Positions 1 to 11,699 of a DNA stretch of 64,000 bases are shown here, piece by piece (the stretch's first letter is position 1; the number at the start of each line of letters is the position of its first letter). The notes under the pieces are model-generated. The model saw nothing but the letters and a program-made list of their open reading frames with translations. It was not told the DNA's origin and made no database searches. Origin of the DNA: Nageia nagi. Lineage: Eukaryota; Plantae; Pinophyta. The stretch is taken from NCBI GenBank assembly GCA_050084985.1, contig JBITNC010000001.1:149730001-149794000 (forward strand). Reading direction: 5' to 3'. Both the position numbers and the translations under genes were made by a program.

Positions 1-376
1 GCATTTTTAGCTTTATTTTATCATACTTCTAGTTTTGAATTCATGTAATACATGATTATATTTAAACTCTAACATCTAGTTTTATTAGCTTATTAATAGT
101 TTGGAGAGTCATCATTTTTTATAATACAACTCTTACTAGTCTTATGAAGGCATCAACACTAATAGAAGCCTAATTATCGACATAAGAAACATTATTTTCA
201 CATTTACTCTTTTGAGATGTAGATCCTTATTTTAAAGATTGTAGATAAATTTTAAAGAGGAAATGATATAGTGGAAAATATTATTTTTTGGCATAATAAT
301 TTTCATCCAACTTTGTCTTTATTAATTTTTATACATTGCATCATGTTTCACATGGGACATTTTTCTAAATTGATCT

Positions 377-1097
377 TGTTATGATTCACTATATAAAATA
401 TAGTTGACTAATCAATCTACTTTAAACCAGAAGAAAATAATCATTTAGATCACACAAATAAGATAATACAAACCATGTAATGTGGTTCACCTAATGTAGG
501 CTACATCCATGGAGAATATCCAATCCTTGATTAATCAATCCAAAATACCAAAGGAAACAACCAACAACTAAATTGTTTTACCTTCCAGATTGGTTCTTAC
601 AAGGAATCCTCACTACAACAGTCTCTCTCATAAAGGATTAACCTCCTCTTCCTAATCCTCACACCTATGCAAATTCCACTCCCATGATCTTACCATCATC
701 CTCTACAAGAATTTCACATACATTTATAGATTTATTTAATCTTATTTTTAGTAATCTTAACTAGATTATTTTTACAAGTTTAAAATTTTCCACCCATGCA
801 TTCTAAAGTTCATACAGTTAGAATAGCCCAAGAGCAAGTTTCTAACCTCAAAATAAAGTATGCCTATCTCTGGTTTATTGTTGACCACCATCAGGATGAT
901 TGGGTTATTGGGATTGGTTGTCATAAGGTTGAATCTAATAAATATCTTGATCAGTCGATCAACTTAAGATAGAACTAAAGATCAAAACTATTGATCAACA
1001 CTATAGATCATTGTATCGATCGATCATGTGCATGATGATTGCAAAACAGAGAGTTGAAAATATCACTTAGCCAAAAAATCTGGCTCCATTCCTAAAA
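377..1097 (-). repeat. 3' LTR of the copia element at 377-3226
   Basis: Starts TGTTATGATTCACTATAT, aligns with 2520-3226 and abuts the PPT. Confidence 0.8.
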
Positions 1098-1639
1098 ATA
1101 TCCTACTTGGAGATTGGTTTCATTACAACACCCTATAATACTAGATTGAAATATTCTCATATTGATCTCTTATTCCTTGAGACCAATTGAAATTAGAAGA
1201 ATCCATAATTATTTCTTTCCAACCACCTTTGCATTCGCCTTTGACAACATGTCCCTCACCACTTCTTCATAAAATCTTTGATTTTGATGTTCCATGAACC
1301 TTAACTAGTTCACACCTCCCACTCCATGGGCCATACCAATATCCTCTTTCTCAAACACTTTCATCCTAATCCCTTCTTTGTATAATTATTGATCTCATTT
1401 CTTTTCTTTCATCTTGTATGCATACACATCATGCAAACCTTCCATATCTCTAGGTAACTTAAACAAATCACATTAGTTTTGCATTAAGGAATTCCCTCCT
1501 TATCCCTGCCAAGGTCCCACTTCTTCTTGGTTTCCTTTTGCACACCTTTTTCAAAACACTCACCATCATAAGTATATAACACATAAGAAAATATGAGCAA
1601 ATAATTGCTTACTCTTCTACATCTTCCAACATCCCTTAG

Positions 1640-2445
1640 TGGAGTTTAGGAATCCTAATGTTGAAGATCTTCTTGCACCTTTGGTATCCACATCTTCTTC
1701 ATCTTGGAAAAATCATTTCCATCCTTTAGAAATATTACCCTCCTTTGTTTTGCCAAACTTGTGGTGCCCCATAATCACATTCTCACCTATAGAGGCTAAG
1801 TCCATATCAATGTTAGAAGTGTTAGTAAGTGAATATAGCATACCAAGCATATTACCTCTAGCAACAACCATGGAGTCTTTAGTCACCTTTCAAGCCTTAT
1901 TATTGAATGCACCCACGTAACCCTCATCATCAAGCTTACTAGAAATAATAAGATTTCTCCTCAAATTTGGTATGTACCTCACCTCATTGGGCACCCATCA
2001 ATTTCTATTAGGAATTTTAATCCTAATCTTCCTCATCCCTACTATCTTGCATTGTTGATCATTACCCAACAAAACCTATCCAAAATCTCGTTGAACATAA
2101 TCCATGATAGACTCACCTTGACCTATTTGCATGTACAACCTTTTCATGAGGAATACTTGATCTTCCCCTTAGTCACCTTCCAATCCTTATTACCAAATGC
2201 AACCATGTAATCCTCACCATCAAACTTACTAGTTGAAATGAAATTTCTCTTCAAATTTGGTATGCGCCTCACCTCCTTGAGCATCCATCATTTTTTGTTA
2301 AGTAATTCAATCCTGATCTTCCCCATTTCTACTATCTTGACGTATCCAAAATCTCCTTGAACATAATCCATGATGGACTCACCTTGTTATATTTGCATAT
2401 AACTTTTTTTTATGAAGAATATTTGATGTTTCCTTCTTCTGCCAT
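1640..2445 (-). pseudogene. gag start fused to a tandemly duplicated copia protease/GAG-pre-integrase remnant
   Basis: Minus strand reads MAEEGN.., then two copies (about 1930-2160 and 2160-2400) of DYVQ.DFG..(LLGNDQQC)KIVG..KIRI....EVR(Y/I)PNL(R/K)RN.IS. No integrase, RT or RNase H recognised. Confidence 0.75.
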
Positions 2446-2519
2446 TGCTCTCACTTGATCCATAAACCCTTCTTGTCCTTTCTATTGAGTACCCACTAAA
2501 ATAAAAATTTGATACCACT

Positions 2520-3226
2520 TGTTAAGATTCACTATATAAAAATATAGTTGAGCAATTAATCTACTTTAAACTAGCAGAAAATAAGCAATAAGATCACACA
2601 AACAAGAAAAGATAAACTATGTAACATGGTTCACCCAATGTGGGTTACATCCATGGAGAATATCCATTCCTTCATTAATCAATCCAAGCCACCAAAGGAA
2701 ACAACCAACAGTCAAACCATTGTACCTTCCTCTTGGTTTTTATAAGGAATCCTCACTACAATAATCTCTCTCAATAAGGATTCACCTCCTCTTCCTACTC
2801 CTCACACTTATGTAAATTCTACACTTATGATCTTACCATCATCCTCTATAAGAATTTTACATGCATTTATAGATTCATATAATCTTTTTTTAGTACTCTT
2901 AATTGAAGTAAATTTATTAGTCTAAAATTCATAACCCATGCAACCTCAAGTTCACATACTTAGAATAGCCCAATAGCGAGTTTCCAACCTCAAAATAGAA
3001 TTTTATGGTCTCTAGTTTACGATTTTCGGGATCAGCAGTCACAAGGTCAACTACGATAAATATATTGATCAGTAAATTGAATGCAGATGGCATTGCAGAT
3101 TAAAACTACGGATTAGCCTACTGATTGGCATTACAATTCGTTCGATCGATCAATCCTATGCATGTCGATTGCGAAATAGAGTTGAAAAATGTCACTTGGC
3201 CAAAGAGTCAAGCTCTATTCCTGACA
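2520..3226 (-). repeat. 5' LTR of the copia element at 377-3226
   Basis: TGTTAAG...CTGACA, adjacent to the PBS. Confidence 0.85.
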
Positions 3227-3879
3227 TATTTATCCTCTCTCGTTTTTACATAATGCTTCACAAGGACACTAACTTGATATAACTTATCCCTCTTTTGTAC
3301 CTTTCTATACAAAGGGCATGATCACATCTTTTTCTCATACCATGCTTTGCATGGAATGTTGTCTATAAAATATTTTATTTTGAATGATTACGATTTATGA
3401 GTAAAAAATTTAACATCTAATGCATATGCAATTATATAAAATAAACATCATTTATCATTTGAAAAAAATATTTTTTTTCTAAAATATCTAAATATTGAAG
3501 AAGCTTTATAAAAGAATCTTTCATTGATGTGATCAATAAATCCTATCATATCTTTGAGTACATTGGCAATCCACAGTCTTTAACATTATGATACCATTGA
3601 CTCTACACATATTCAACATTGATCTAATTTATTTGTATATTATGTTTTATTTCTCATTATTGCTTATTATTTATCGAATCTTATCAAAATGAAAACCAAC
3701 AATAAATTATTTTTCGATATCAACAATTCATATGTTGACCTAGCTACAACATGTGTCCCATGTTTCATTCCCATAATGAGACATACATGCTATGTAATAA
3801 CCTACTACAAGCTGTAGGTCCCATAGACGTTAATATAATTTACCTTTACCTTTACCTTTACCTTTAAGATAAAAATAAA

Positions 3880-4440
3880 AACTAAATTAGTGCTGATTTC
3901 TAATTTTATGTTGTACACACATTCCATTATAAATATTTATAATGGAGATGACAGAAGAGAAATTTACGTACTTTCTGTATATCATTACCCGCTTGGTCGA
4001 AAACTTACCAAAGACAATGATGTTGAATACAACGAATGCAGAGAGAGCTCCATTCAAACGTCAACCCTTAAGAGTTGAAACACCCAAATCGCGGCTGAAA
4101 TTTAGCTGAACGGGCCAACCTTCATTCAATCTTGGTCAAGTTGGCCCAACAAAACAGAATTGGCATGCAGCTTACGTGACTGCTGCCTTCGTCAATGCTC
4201 AAATGTCAATTTTTTCGTGTTTGCAGAGTCAGAATCAAATATCATTGTTACATAAAATGCACTATGAGCAACAGTACTCATTTGGTAGTAAATCAAATAT
4301 CATTATCACTACCAACCTACAAGAGTGGCCGTCAAATTCATCTTACTTTTTTGTATACAGTAATTCAGTTTGACACCTGTATCGTATCATCATAAATACA
4401 AATTAAGCACGTGAAGTTTGTATATAAGTGAAAGTTCCAA
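3880..4440. promoter_or_regulatory. CpG-retaining, cis-motif-rich core of the backbone unit (putative promoter/enhancer)
   Basis: Many CG dinucleotides in a CG-depleted window. CGTCA/GTCAA (TGA/W-box-like) at about 4060, 4190 and 4330; G-box CACGTG at 4408; GGCCCA at about 4143. Paralogous cores at 35700-36190 and 41940-42520. Confidence 0.4.
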
Positions 4441-4529
4441 CATTCTAAATTCGAAATGTTGGAATATTTCGAATTAATTGTCTAAGTGTTTAAAATAAAT
4501 TTTTATTTGTGTTATTAAATATATTGTAT

Positions 4530-4753
4530 TATTTTTTACGAGAAAATTATATATTTCAGAGAAAAGAAATTCGTAAAATTAGATTTCATGATTGAGGGGT
4601 ATTTACATCGTCAAAATCTATCGAGGTATAATCTCGACTTTATCCACATCTACTATGAACTCGATAGAATTTTTGGTATGTTTAAGAAGGCTACGGGGAG
4701 ACATAAACTTGGGGCTCTCATTTCTCGAGAGTTTCAACTACCCATCTCCAACA
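4530..4753 (-). mobile_element. Short 5'-truncated non-LTR retrotransposon 3' end
   Basis: ~225-bp segment absent from paralogous copy C (about 36230). It begins with a T-run (minus-strand poly(A)) and is flanked by TTATT. Confidence 0.5.
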
Positions 4754-5654
4754 TTATTTGTATTAATTTGAATTTGTATAAAAAAAATATTTAAAAATTA
4801 TATAAGATATACGTCTACTTTACTATTATATATATATATATATAACACAATTTTTTACTAGAATAATTGAAAAAGATAAGATTGAAATATTTGTTCATAA
4901 ATAATTTTTAAAAACATACTTGATATTAATTTATTTATTAATAATAAAAAAATTGATTGATATTCTATATTTATTTTTAAAAAATTAATAAAAGCAAAGT
5001 AGTGGATCACTTTATAAAACTCAAATCAATTTGTCAATTCATTGGCAACAACAATAAATCTAAAATAAAAAATTACGAAATGAAAATAACGAATTGGGAA
5101 GCCCAACAAACTAAGTATCACTTATAAATTTATTTCATTAACCACATTCGTTGTTATGTGAATAGTTAGTAAAATTTGGTGTTTTCTATAATACATGTAC
5201 ATCGTTTGTAATATAATTGCTAACTGATATTTTATCGCTTTGTAATTTTTATATAACAATGATAAATGTTCCTGATGAAATTGCTATCCAAATATGATTT
5301 TTTTTTTTTTTTTATTGTATAATTTTTTGTAAGTTTATATAGTTTATGAAATTTCAAAAAAATATTATGACAATATTTAAAGTATACATTTTAGAATTAT
5401 AAAGTCAATCAAAATTTATACAATGAATAATCATTAAAATATATTATATAAATTTAATTTTACATATATAATGTAACATTAAATCATCTTTGATAAGATT
5501 GCAAATCAAATATCATTATAACATAAAATGCATTATAAGAAAATGTACTCATTTGGTAGTAAAGCAAAATGCATTGGTCATGTGTGCATCTTAAATTATA
5601 GAATGACAAAACAATAATTAAATACAAAGTAAATTCCTAAAATTTGTATATAAG

Positions 5655-5899
5655 CATCTAAGGGGAGTTGGAGAGTAGTTCAAAACTCTAAAGTTGAAAA
5701 AGAAGGGCCCCAGGTTCAAAACTATCCCCCTTCACATGCATGTGGATATGCTATATTTAGTAGATAGTTTCCAACTAGTATGAATGTAGTTGGGTGTGAC
5801 TCCTAGGTGACTTTGTCGAAAGAGAACCCCACAAATATGAACTATAAGTTCAAGGTTTCACTCTCATATAAGTGAATGTTCCAACAACAACAACAAAAA
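5655..5899 (+). mobile_element. tRNA-derived SINE-like insertion with (CAA)n tail
   Basis: Degenerate A-box (TGGAGAGTAG) and B-box (GGTTCAAAAC at 5713), tail CCAACAACAACAACAAAAA, flanked by AATTTGTATATAAG/AATTATATATAAG, and absent from the paralogous backbone site (about 4415). Confidence 0.55.
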
Positions 5900-5924
5900 T
5901 TATATATAAGTGAATGTTCCAACA

Positions 5925-6212
5925 TGTAAGGCTCACTCTTAACTTTGCAAACCTAAATTCTATTAACTTCAAAATTCACTATTACATTCAATATGATATT
6001 AAAAAATAGAGGAGAAAATGAATTATCATTTCCCCTTCTTCCAAAGACTCTTTAACTCCCTAAAGAATCTATAACTTCATCTTCCTATGACCTTTGGGAT
6101 TTCTCCCATAGATAAATTTGAAAATACAGAAATATTAAATACTTTTATCATGCTTACACACTTATAATAATATTACAATCAACCTTAATCCATAAGGATT
6201 AGGTTTCCAACA
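5925..6212 (-). repeat. 3' LTR (288 bp)
   Basis: TGTAAGG...TCCAACA; aligns with 17493-17723 plus 19504-19590. Confidence 0.85.
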
Positions 6213-6361
6213 TTCCCCCATTAATACAAAAGAGACTAAAAAAGAAATTGGAAAACAAAAAGATGTTCCTCAAGGTGTGTAAAATAATTTTCATCAACAA
6301 AAACTCCACTTCAAGGATTAAGTCCAACTTTTCCCCCTTAATTTGAAGGGGTTAATGAAGA

Positions 6362-7256
6362 CTAAAATATTGAAAATTTTGTTATTACATTCTCCAAAGA
6401 TAACATGAGCAGAATCAAAAGCATTGTTTGCATAGGTTGCCTCATCTTGATCTTTATTTTACTCCCTCTTTTCTTTAATCTTTTCCCATAGCGCCTAACA
6501 ATTTTTAGCATTATGACCTTTTTGCTCACAGTAATCACAAAAAGAAATAGTTTTTTTTCATTTTTATTTTGTATATTCCCTTTTTCTTTATTTTTCCCCA
6601 ATTTGAGCTACTTTCTTCTTAAGAATGATTCTTTCATTTTTGAGAAACATAAGGAGTTACACTAGGAGAATCAAACATCTTCTTTCCAAAAGCCTTCTCA
6701 TGTTTCATATTTTTTTCAACCAAAAGATCAAATATAAGAGTCTTGATGTTACCACTTTCTTGAAGTGATTTAAGATAGTTGGAAGAGGTAGGATATAGCT
6801 CTTTGATGTAGGCCATAAGAGAAATATGAACTTTGACATACGAAGTGTCAAGATCATGGATAACAACTTTGACTTCAAAGTAAGAGCCATGGGATCACTA
6901 TCCTTCAACTTAAGGTTGAAGAGATTAAATTGAAGTTGAATAAATTTTGACTCGAGTGAGAATCATACAAGTCCCTCAATTTCTTCAAAGCTTTTCAAGC
7001 TTCATCTATAATGGACTTGATGTGGCAACTAATTTTCTCTCACTGAACAAGAAATCAAGGAAAAATCTTTTTTATTCATTACATTCCATATTGCAAGATC
7101 TTTTGCATCTGTTGGATTAGTAGGAGAAGTGTCACCATCACAAACAACATCCAAAAAATAATTGAAAATGAGAGTGATTGTAATTTTTCTATACCATTAT
7201 TCTTGATTCTCCTTTTTGGTCAAAACAATACTAACAATAGAAACAAGGGAATGCAT
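6362..7256 (-). pseudogene. gag: Decayed copia-type gag (UBN2-like region plus CCHC zinc knuckle)
   Basis: ..KALKKLRDLYDSHS.., MKDSDPMAL.., AYIKELYPTSSNYLKSLQ.., zinc knuckle CDYCEQKGHNAKNC at about 6500-6540; frameshifts and stops. Confidence 0.75.
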
Positions 7257-7669
7257 TTTTGTGAAAAGATAAATGTCTTTTAGAAATATGTAACCATTAA
7301 AATATGAGCACCTAAAGACTATTAATTAAAATAGTGTCCTTAAAGCAAGGAAAATTTTAAGGTACGAATTGTCGAATCAAAGTTATATTTTTGGATTTTC
7401 ACTTTTTGATTTGGCTAGTATAGTGCATGGTGGGTCCTACCTTAGAGCCAAAATTTTATAGAAAAAACTTATATTCTTGACCCATGTAGCCGACCTTTCA
7501 ACACAATTTCAAATATATTAGCCCTTTTTCCTAAACTTAATTTAGCTCGTTTGACTTGAAAGTACATATAAAAAAACTCTCACCTAATATCCACTTATAG
7601 GTTAGCATATATATACATATCAAACTCCCCTATATGGATGATACCACATCATTGAACCGCAACATCGAA

Positions 7670-8240
7670 ATATTTCCTCTACATCCAAGTTGAAAGCATT
7701 TACTCTGCAACTAGGTCAAATGCATTTTCTCTGCAATCAAGTCAGATGCATTTTCTCTGCAGCTAGGTCGAAAGCATTCCTTTGCAGCTGGGTTGGAAGC
7801 ATTACCACTATAGTCAAGTTAGGAGCATATCCTCTGCACATAGGTAGGGATCATATCTTTTGTAACTAGGTAGGTAGCATTTTTCTACAATCAGATCAGG
7901 AGCATATTATCTACAATCAGGTTGGGAGCATTTCATAGTAGCTAATAGCAATCATTTTCTCGACAACTGTGTAGGAGCATTCCTCTGCAGCTAGGTTAGG
8001 AGCATTTATTTTGCATTTGGGCAGGGAGCATTTCCACTACAACTAGGTTGAAAGCATTTCCTCTACAACTAGGTTGGGAGCACTTCCTCTACAATCGGGT
8101 CAGGAGTACTTTCTCTACATCAGGGTCAGGAGCACTTCCCTACAATCGAGTTAGGATCACTTCCTATATAATTGGGTTAGAAGCACTTCCTCTGTAACTA
8201 GGTCGGAAGCACTTCTTTTGCATTCTGGTTGAAAGCATGT
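7670..8240. repeat. 26-bp tandem array (about 21 units), consensus near GCATTTTCTCTGCAACTAGGTCGGAA
   Basis: GCAT recurs at 7696, 7722, 7748, 7774 and 7799. Confidence 0.9.
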
Positions 8241-8509
8241 CTACATCTGATTCAAATGAAATCCTACCCATTCCTAAGAGTGATGTAAAGCTTAGTGGTA
8301 ACGGAGGTCTAACAAGAGACAATTCCATAAAACCTAAAAGCAATTTATCATATTTTAAATAGTCAAAAAAGGTGCAACAACCAACTCCTATCATACAAGG
8401 TGTGTAACTTTAATTTTTTATTTTAAGTTTATTTTAAATTGAATTATTTATTTAAGATAGTTTTAAATGCATTAAAAGTGAGAATATTTTAATACAAAAA
8501 ATACATTAG

Positions 8510-11010
8510 ATGTCAATCCTTGTGAAGAAGACATATTTGATGATGAAATGTTGGATGAATTTCAACCCAATATTACTCCCAGTGAGCAGGAACATACTAG
8601 CAAGAGTGATGATAGTTGAAAAGGATCTCAAGAACATACAAGTAGCAAGAAGTCATCCAATAGAAAGAGAAAATGAAAATGGAATTTAGGTAGAACATTT
8701 CAAGATGAATGGGTTGGAACATATCCTTTAATAGAACCTGTAATTCCTAAAAATAGTTTGAAAGAACCTACAGAATGCATATGTGTATGTTGCAGTTGGG
8801 AAACAAAAAAAGAACACAAAATGCAACTAAAAAAAGATACAATTTAGAAACATTGTGGGAAAAAATACGAGTATGAAGAAGTAGATGGTAAGCGAATAAG
8901 GGTTATTAAATAGAAAGATAAAATAGAATGCTTACATCTGAAATATCAGGATATGTATGAAAAGAAATGAATAGATGAAAGAAGATTTCTAAAAAAGGTG
9001 GAACCATAAATCAACATATGGATAAAGCAAATCAAGAAAATCTAATTACTAAGACTATTCAATTTTCTGTTATATTTCAAATTTTAAAAAATGGTAAGCC
9101 AATTTTTGATATTTTGTTATACAAAGAATTTTTCCATTTTGTTGGTATACAAAATTTTAAATTACCATAATACCATTAGTTTGAGAGAAGTGCATGAGAC
9201 ATTGTAAACAGTATTGAAGCTATTGAGATGTAGGATTTACGAGAAAAGGTAAGAGATGCAAAATTTATTTCATTATCATTGGATGAAGTTACTATTGTTG
9301 ATCATATTTATTAAGTTTGCTTACATGTTTACACCTTTCAAGAATCTAAACACATGAGGCAACCTCACTTGCTAGCAATCCAAAAAATATCTCAAAGTTG
9401 CAATTCTGAAAATTTATGCAATCTTGGAGTTAGTTGTCTAAAGGAAATAACAGGAATGGAAAATTATGCCATAGCTATGAAGTTGTTATGTGTTGGGGCA
9501 GATGGTGTATCTATAATGTAAGGAAATAAAAATGGACTTTATGTTAAGCTTCAAACAACAAATGCTCTGTACATGATAACAATTCATTGCATGGCACATA
9601 GAATGAATATTTCATATAAAATAGTTAACAATTTTGAAATTGTTGTTAAGGTGGAGAAATTGGTTCATGATATTCATTCTTATTTTGTGCATAGTTCAAA
9701 GTGAATTGTGAAATTTCAATAATTTTCTATAGGTCTAATAGATAGCAAAAAAATGCTTAACGATGTTGATACTAGATGGATTTCTTTGTATATGCGTACA
9801 CTAAGAGTATGTAAAGAATATGTCTCATTAAGTGGGTATATGTGGGAAAATTGAATAGAAGTTGATAAAGCAAAAGATATATTGTACAGGTTAATAGTTA
9901 TTGAAATGTTACTCACTTTATGTGGAATTCTACCAATGCTGAACGATATGCACAATGTGATGAAGATAACTCAAACAAGACATATTTATATTGTTGATTT
10001 TGTGAGGGCAAGAAAACACACTTGTCTTATTCTAGACAACTTGTATCTTGGCAAGGATAACATTATGGGTGATAGATTTGAGGCATGGCAATATGTTATT
10101 GATTTGAAACATCCAATTTTTTTTTGAAATTTGATATCACGAGTAAGCTTTGTATAAGTGTTCATAATAAATATATCCCAATGCATTGTTATTACAGGAG
10201 AGATGATATTTATACTGAAGGATTAGAAGAAATCCTTGTAACATCACAATTATTTGATTGTCTCATTTTCGATGTAAGAAGAAAATTATGAAAAGTATCA
10301 GAGATTGTGTCAAGTGAAATAAGAGATCGATTTAGCAAGGACAATTTGGTTAAGTCAATGATTATTATGCACCCAAATTTTTGATAAACAGAGAGTATGA
10401 GTTCAATTTATAAGAAATATCTTAGTAATCTCATGAAACACTTTTGTCGATGAGTTGAAATCAGTAGTCTTAAAATTATACGTATTTTGGATAGAAAGTA
10501 GTTGACAGATCAATCAAACCAATTTGGTGTTACTATGTATGAACAATATAAGCAGTTGAGTGAACTAAATAAAAATGGCTCAATAGTAAGATTATGGGAT
10601 AGACTATATCCGAGAACAATACTGCAAACATAAATAAGTCAATATTTTCACCTATATGAATTATGTCAAACTATGATTTTGGGATCAGTTGAAGATGAAT
10701 AGGTTTTTAGTGCTTTGGCTTATATTAAATCAAAAGTTTGCAACAAATTGGATAAGAATTTGGAAACATGTTTAAGACTTTATATATCTAAATATGCCTT
10801 AGATAATTTTCCATATGATAGAGTTGTTTCTACATGGGATTCAATTTCAAACAAGAGAGGAGCATCAAGGATTGATTGTGCTAAAGATGGTGAAAATAGG
10901 GAAGTAGAAGTAATTCAAAAATATGAGTTTTACTAACAAATTGTTGAAAACAGACTATTTCAAATGCAAGAGGGAGATGGAGATGAAAATGAAGAAATTC
11001 CAAATTCATA
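8510..11010 (+). pseudogene. hAT-family transposase (ZNF862/DUF4371-like), decayed
   Basis: RTFQDEW; AKFISLSLDEVT (first D); CVGADGVSIM (second D); IHCMAHRMN (CxxH); DVDTRWISL; C-terminal dimerisation region ILGSVEDE*VFSALAYIKSKVCNKL. Confidence 0.9.
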
Positions 11011-11699
11011 ATTTTCTTTTATTTTTGTTAATCATTTTCATTATTGGTATAATATGTTTCAATTTCATAGAGATTGAAACTTAAACTATTATTTGAACTG
11101 TTATTTGATTATATAAATGATTTTTTAAGTTGAATTATTAGTGTAATGTCTTATTTGAACTATTATTTGATTATATATAAATTATAAATGAATTTTTTAT
11201 TTTTAATTTCCAAAATTTATATGATATGATTAGCATGTTGTAAACTATACATGATATTTTTATCATACTTTTATTTTTTTACAAGTTAGCATTTCAATTG
11301 TAAACTAGATGTGATATGATACAATAATTACAATTTAGTTGCAAAAACCATAGCTAAACATGATGTCGTTTCGACTACATGCTATTACTTTTAGTCTAGC
11401 TACATGTTATTGTAGTCAAATCGTATGCATGTTATTGCAATAGATCCAGCTTCAATAACATGCACCCCAAATTTAGCAATATTCTAATTTACTAAACAAC
11501 AAAAACTATAAAAGGATAATAATATCAATATTAAAAAAAAATTAGCAATTACCAATTTCCATGATTTTAACAAATGTCACATAATCAAAATTCAAAATAA
11601 TATATATAAATACGTTATATAAAAGTCTTTCAAATAAAATGGCAAGCCTCTCACATTGCCAATTTTCCAAAATGATACAACTAAACTAAAAGTAAAAAA

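Larger units (their letters stand above)
377..3226 (-). mobile_element. Internally deleted, non-autonomous Ty1/copia LTR retrotransposon (Tnt1/Tork-like)
   Basis: Two similar ~710-bp direct repeats (377-1097, 2520-3226). tRNA-Met PBS TGGTATCA on the minus strand at 2510-2517. PPT-like CTCCAAGTAGGATAT (minus) at 1098-1112. TSD GATCT/TATTT, with GATTT at the empty site in copy C (about 35130). Confidence 0.85.
1..5480. repeat. Copy A of a duplicated non-coding backbone unit (interrupted by a copia element and a LINE stub)
   Basis: GCATTTTTAGCTTTATTTTATCATACTT at 1 recurs at 34761 and about 40535. The downstream sequence (3232-5140) aligns collinearly with 35130-36470 and in part with 40900-42560. 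Confidence 0.85.

Noticed and set aside
1639-1920. 93-aa plus-strand ORF
   Set aside because: Antisense shadow of the copia protease/GAG-pre-integrase remnant.
3923-3946. Perfect 24-bp palindrome TCCATTATAAATATTTATAATGGA
   Set aside because: AT-rich and not preserved as a palindrome in copy C, so probably incidental.
3949-3960. TGACAGAAGAGA, identical to the first 12 nt of miR156
   Set aside because: The match stops at 12 nt, no star arm is visible, and it is not conserved in the paralogous copies.
7670-8240. CRISPR-like appearance of this and the other short-period arrays
   Set aside because: Units are contiguous with no unique spacers, there are no cas genes, and the context is eukaryotic TE sequence.
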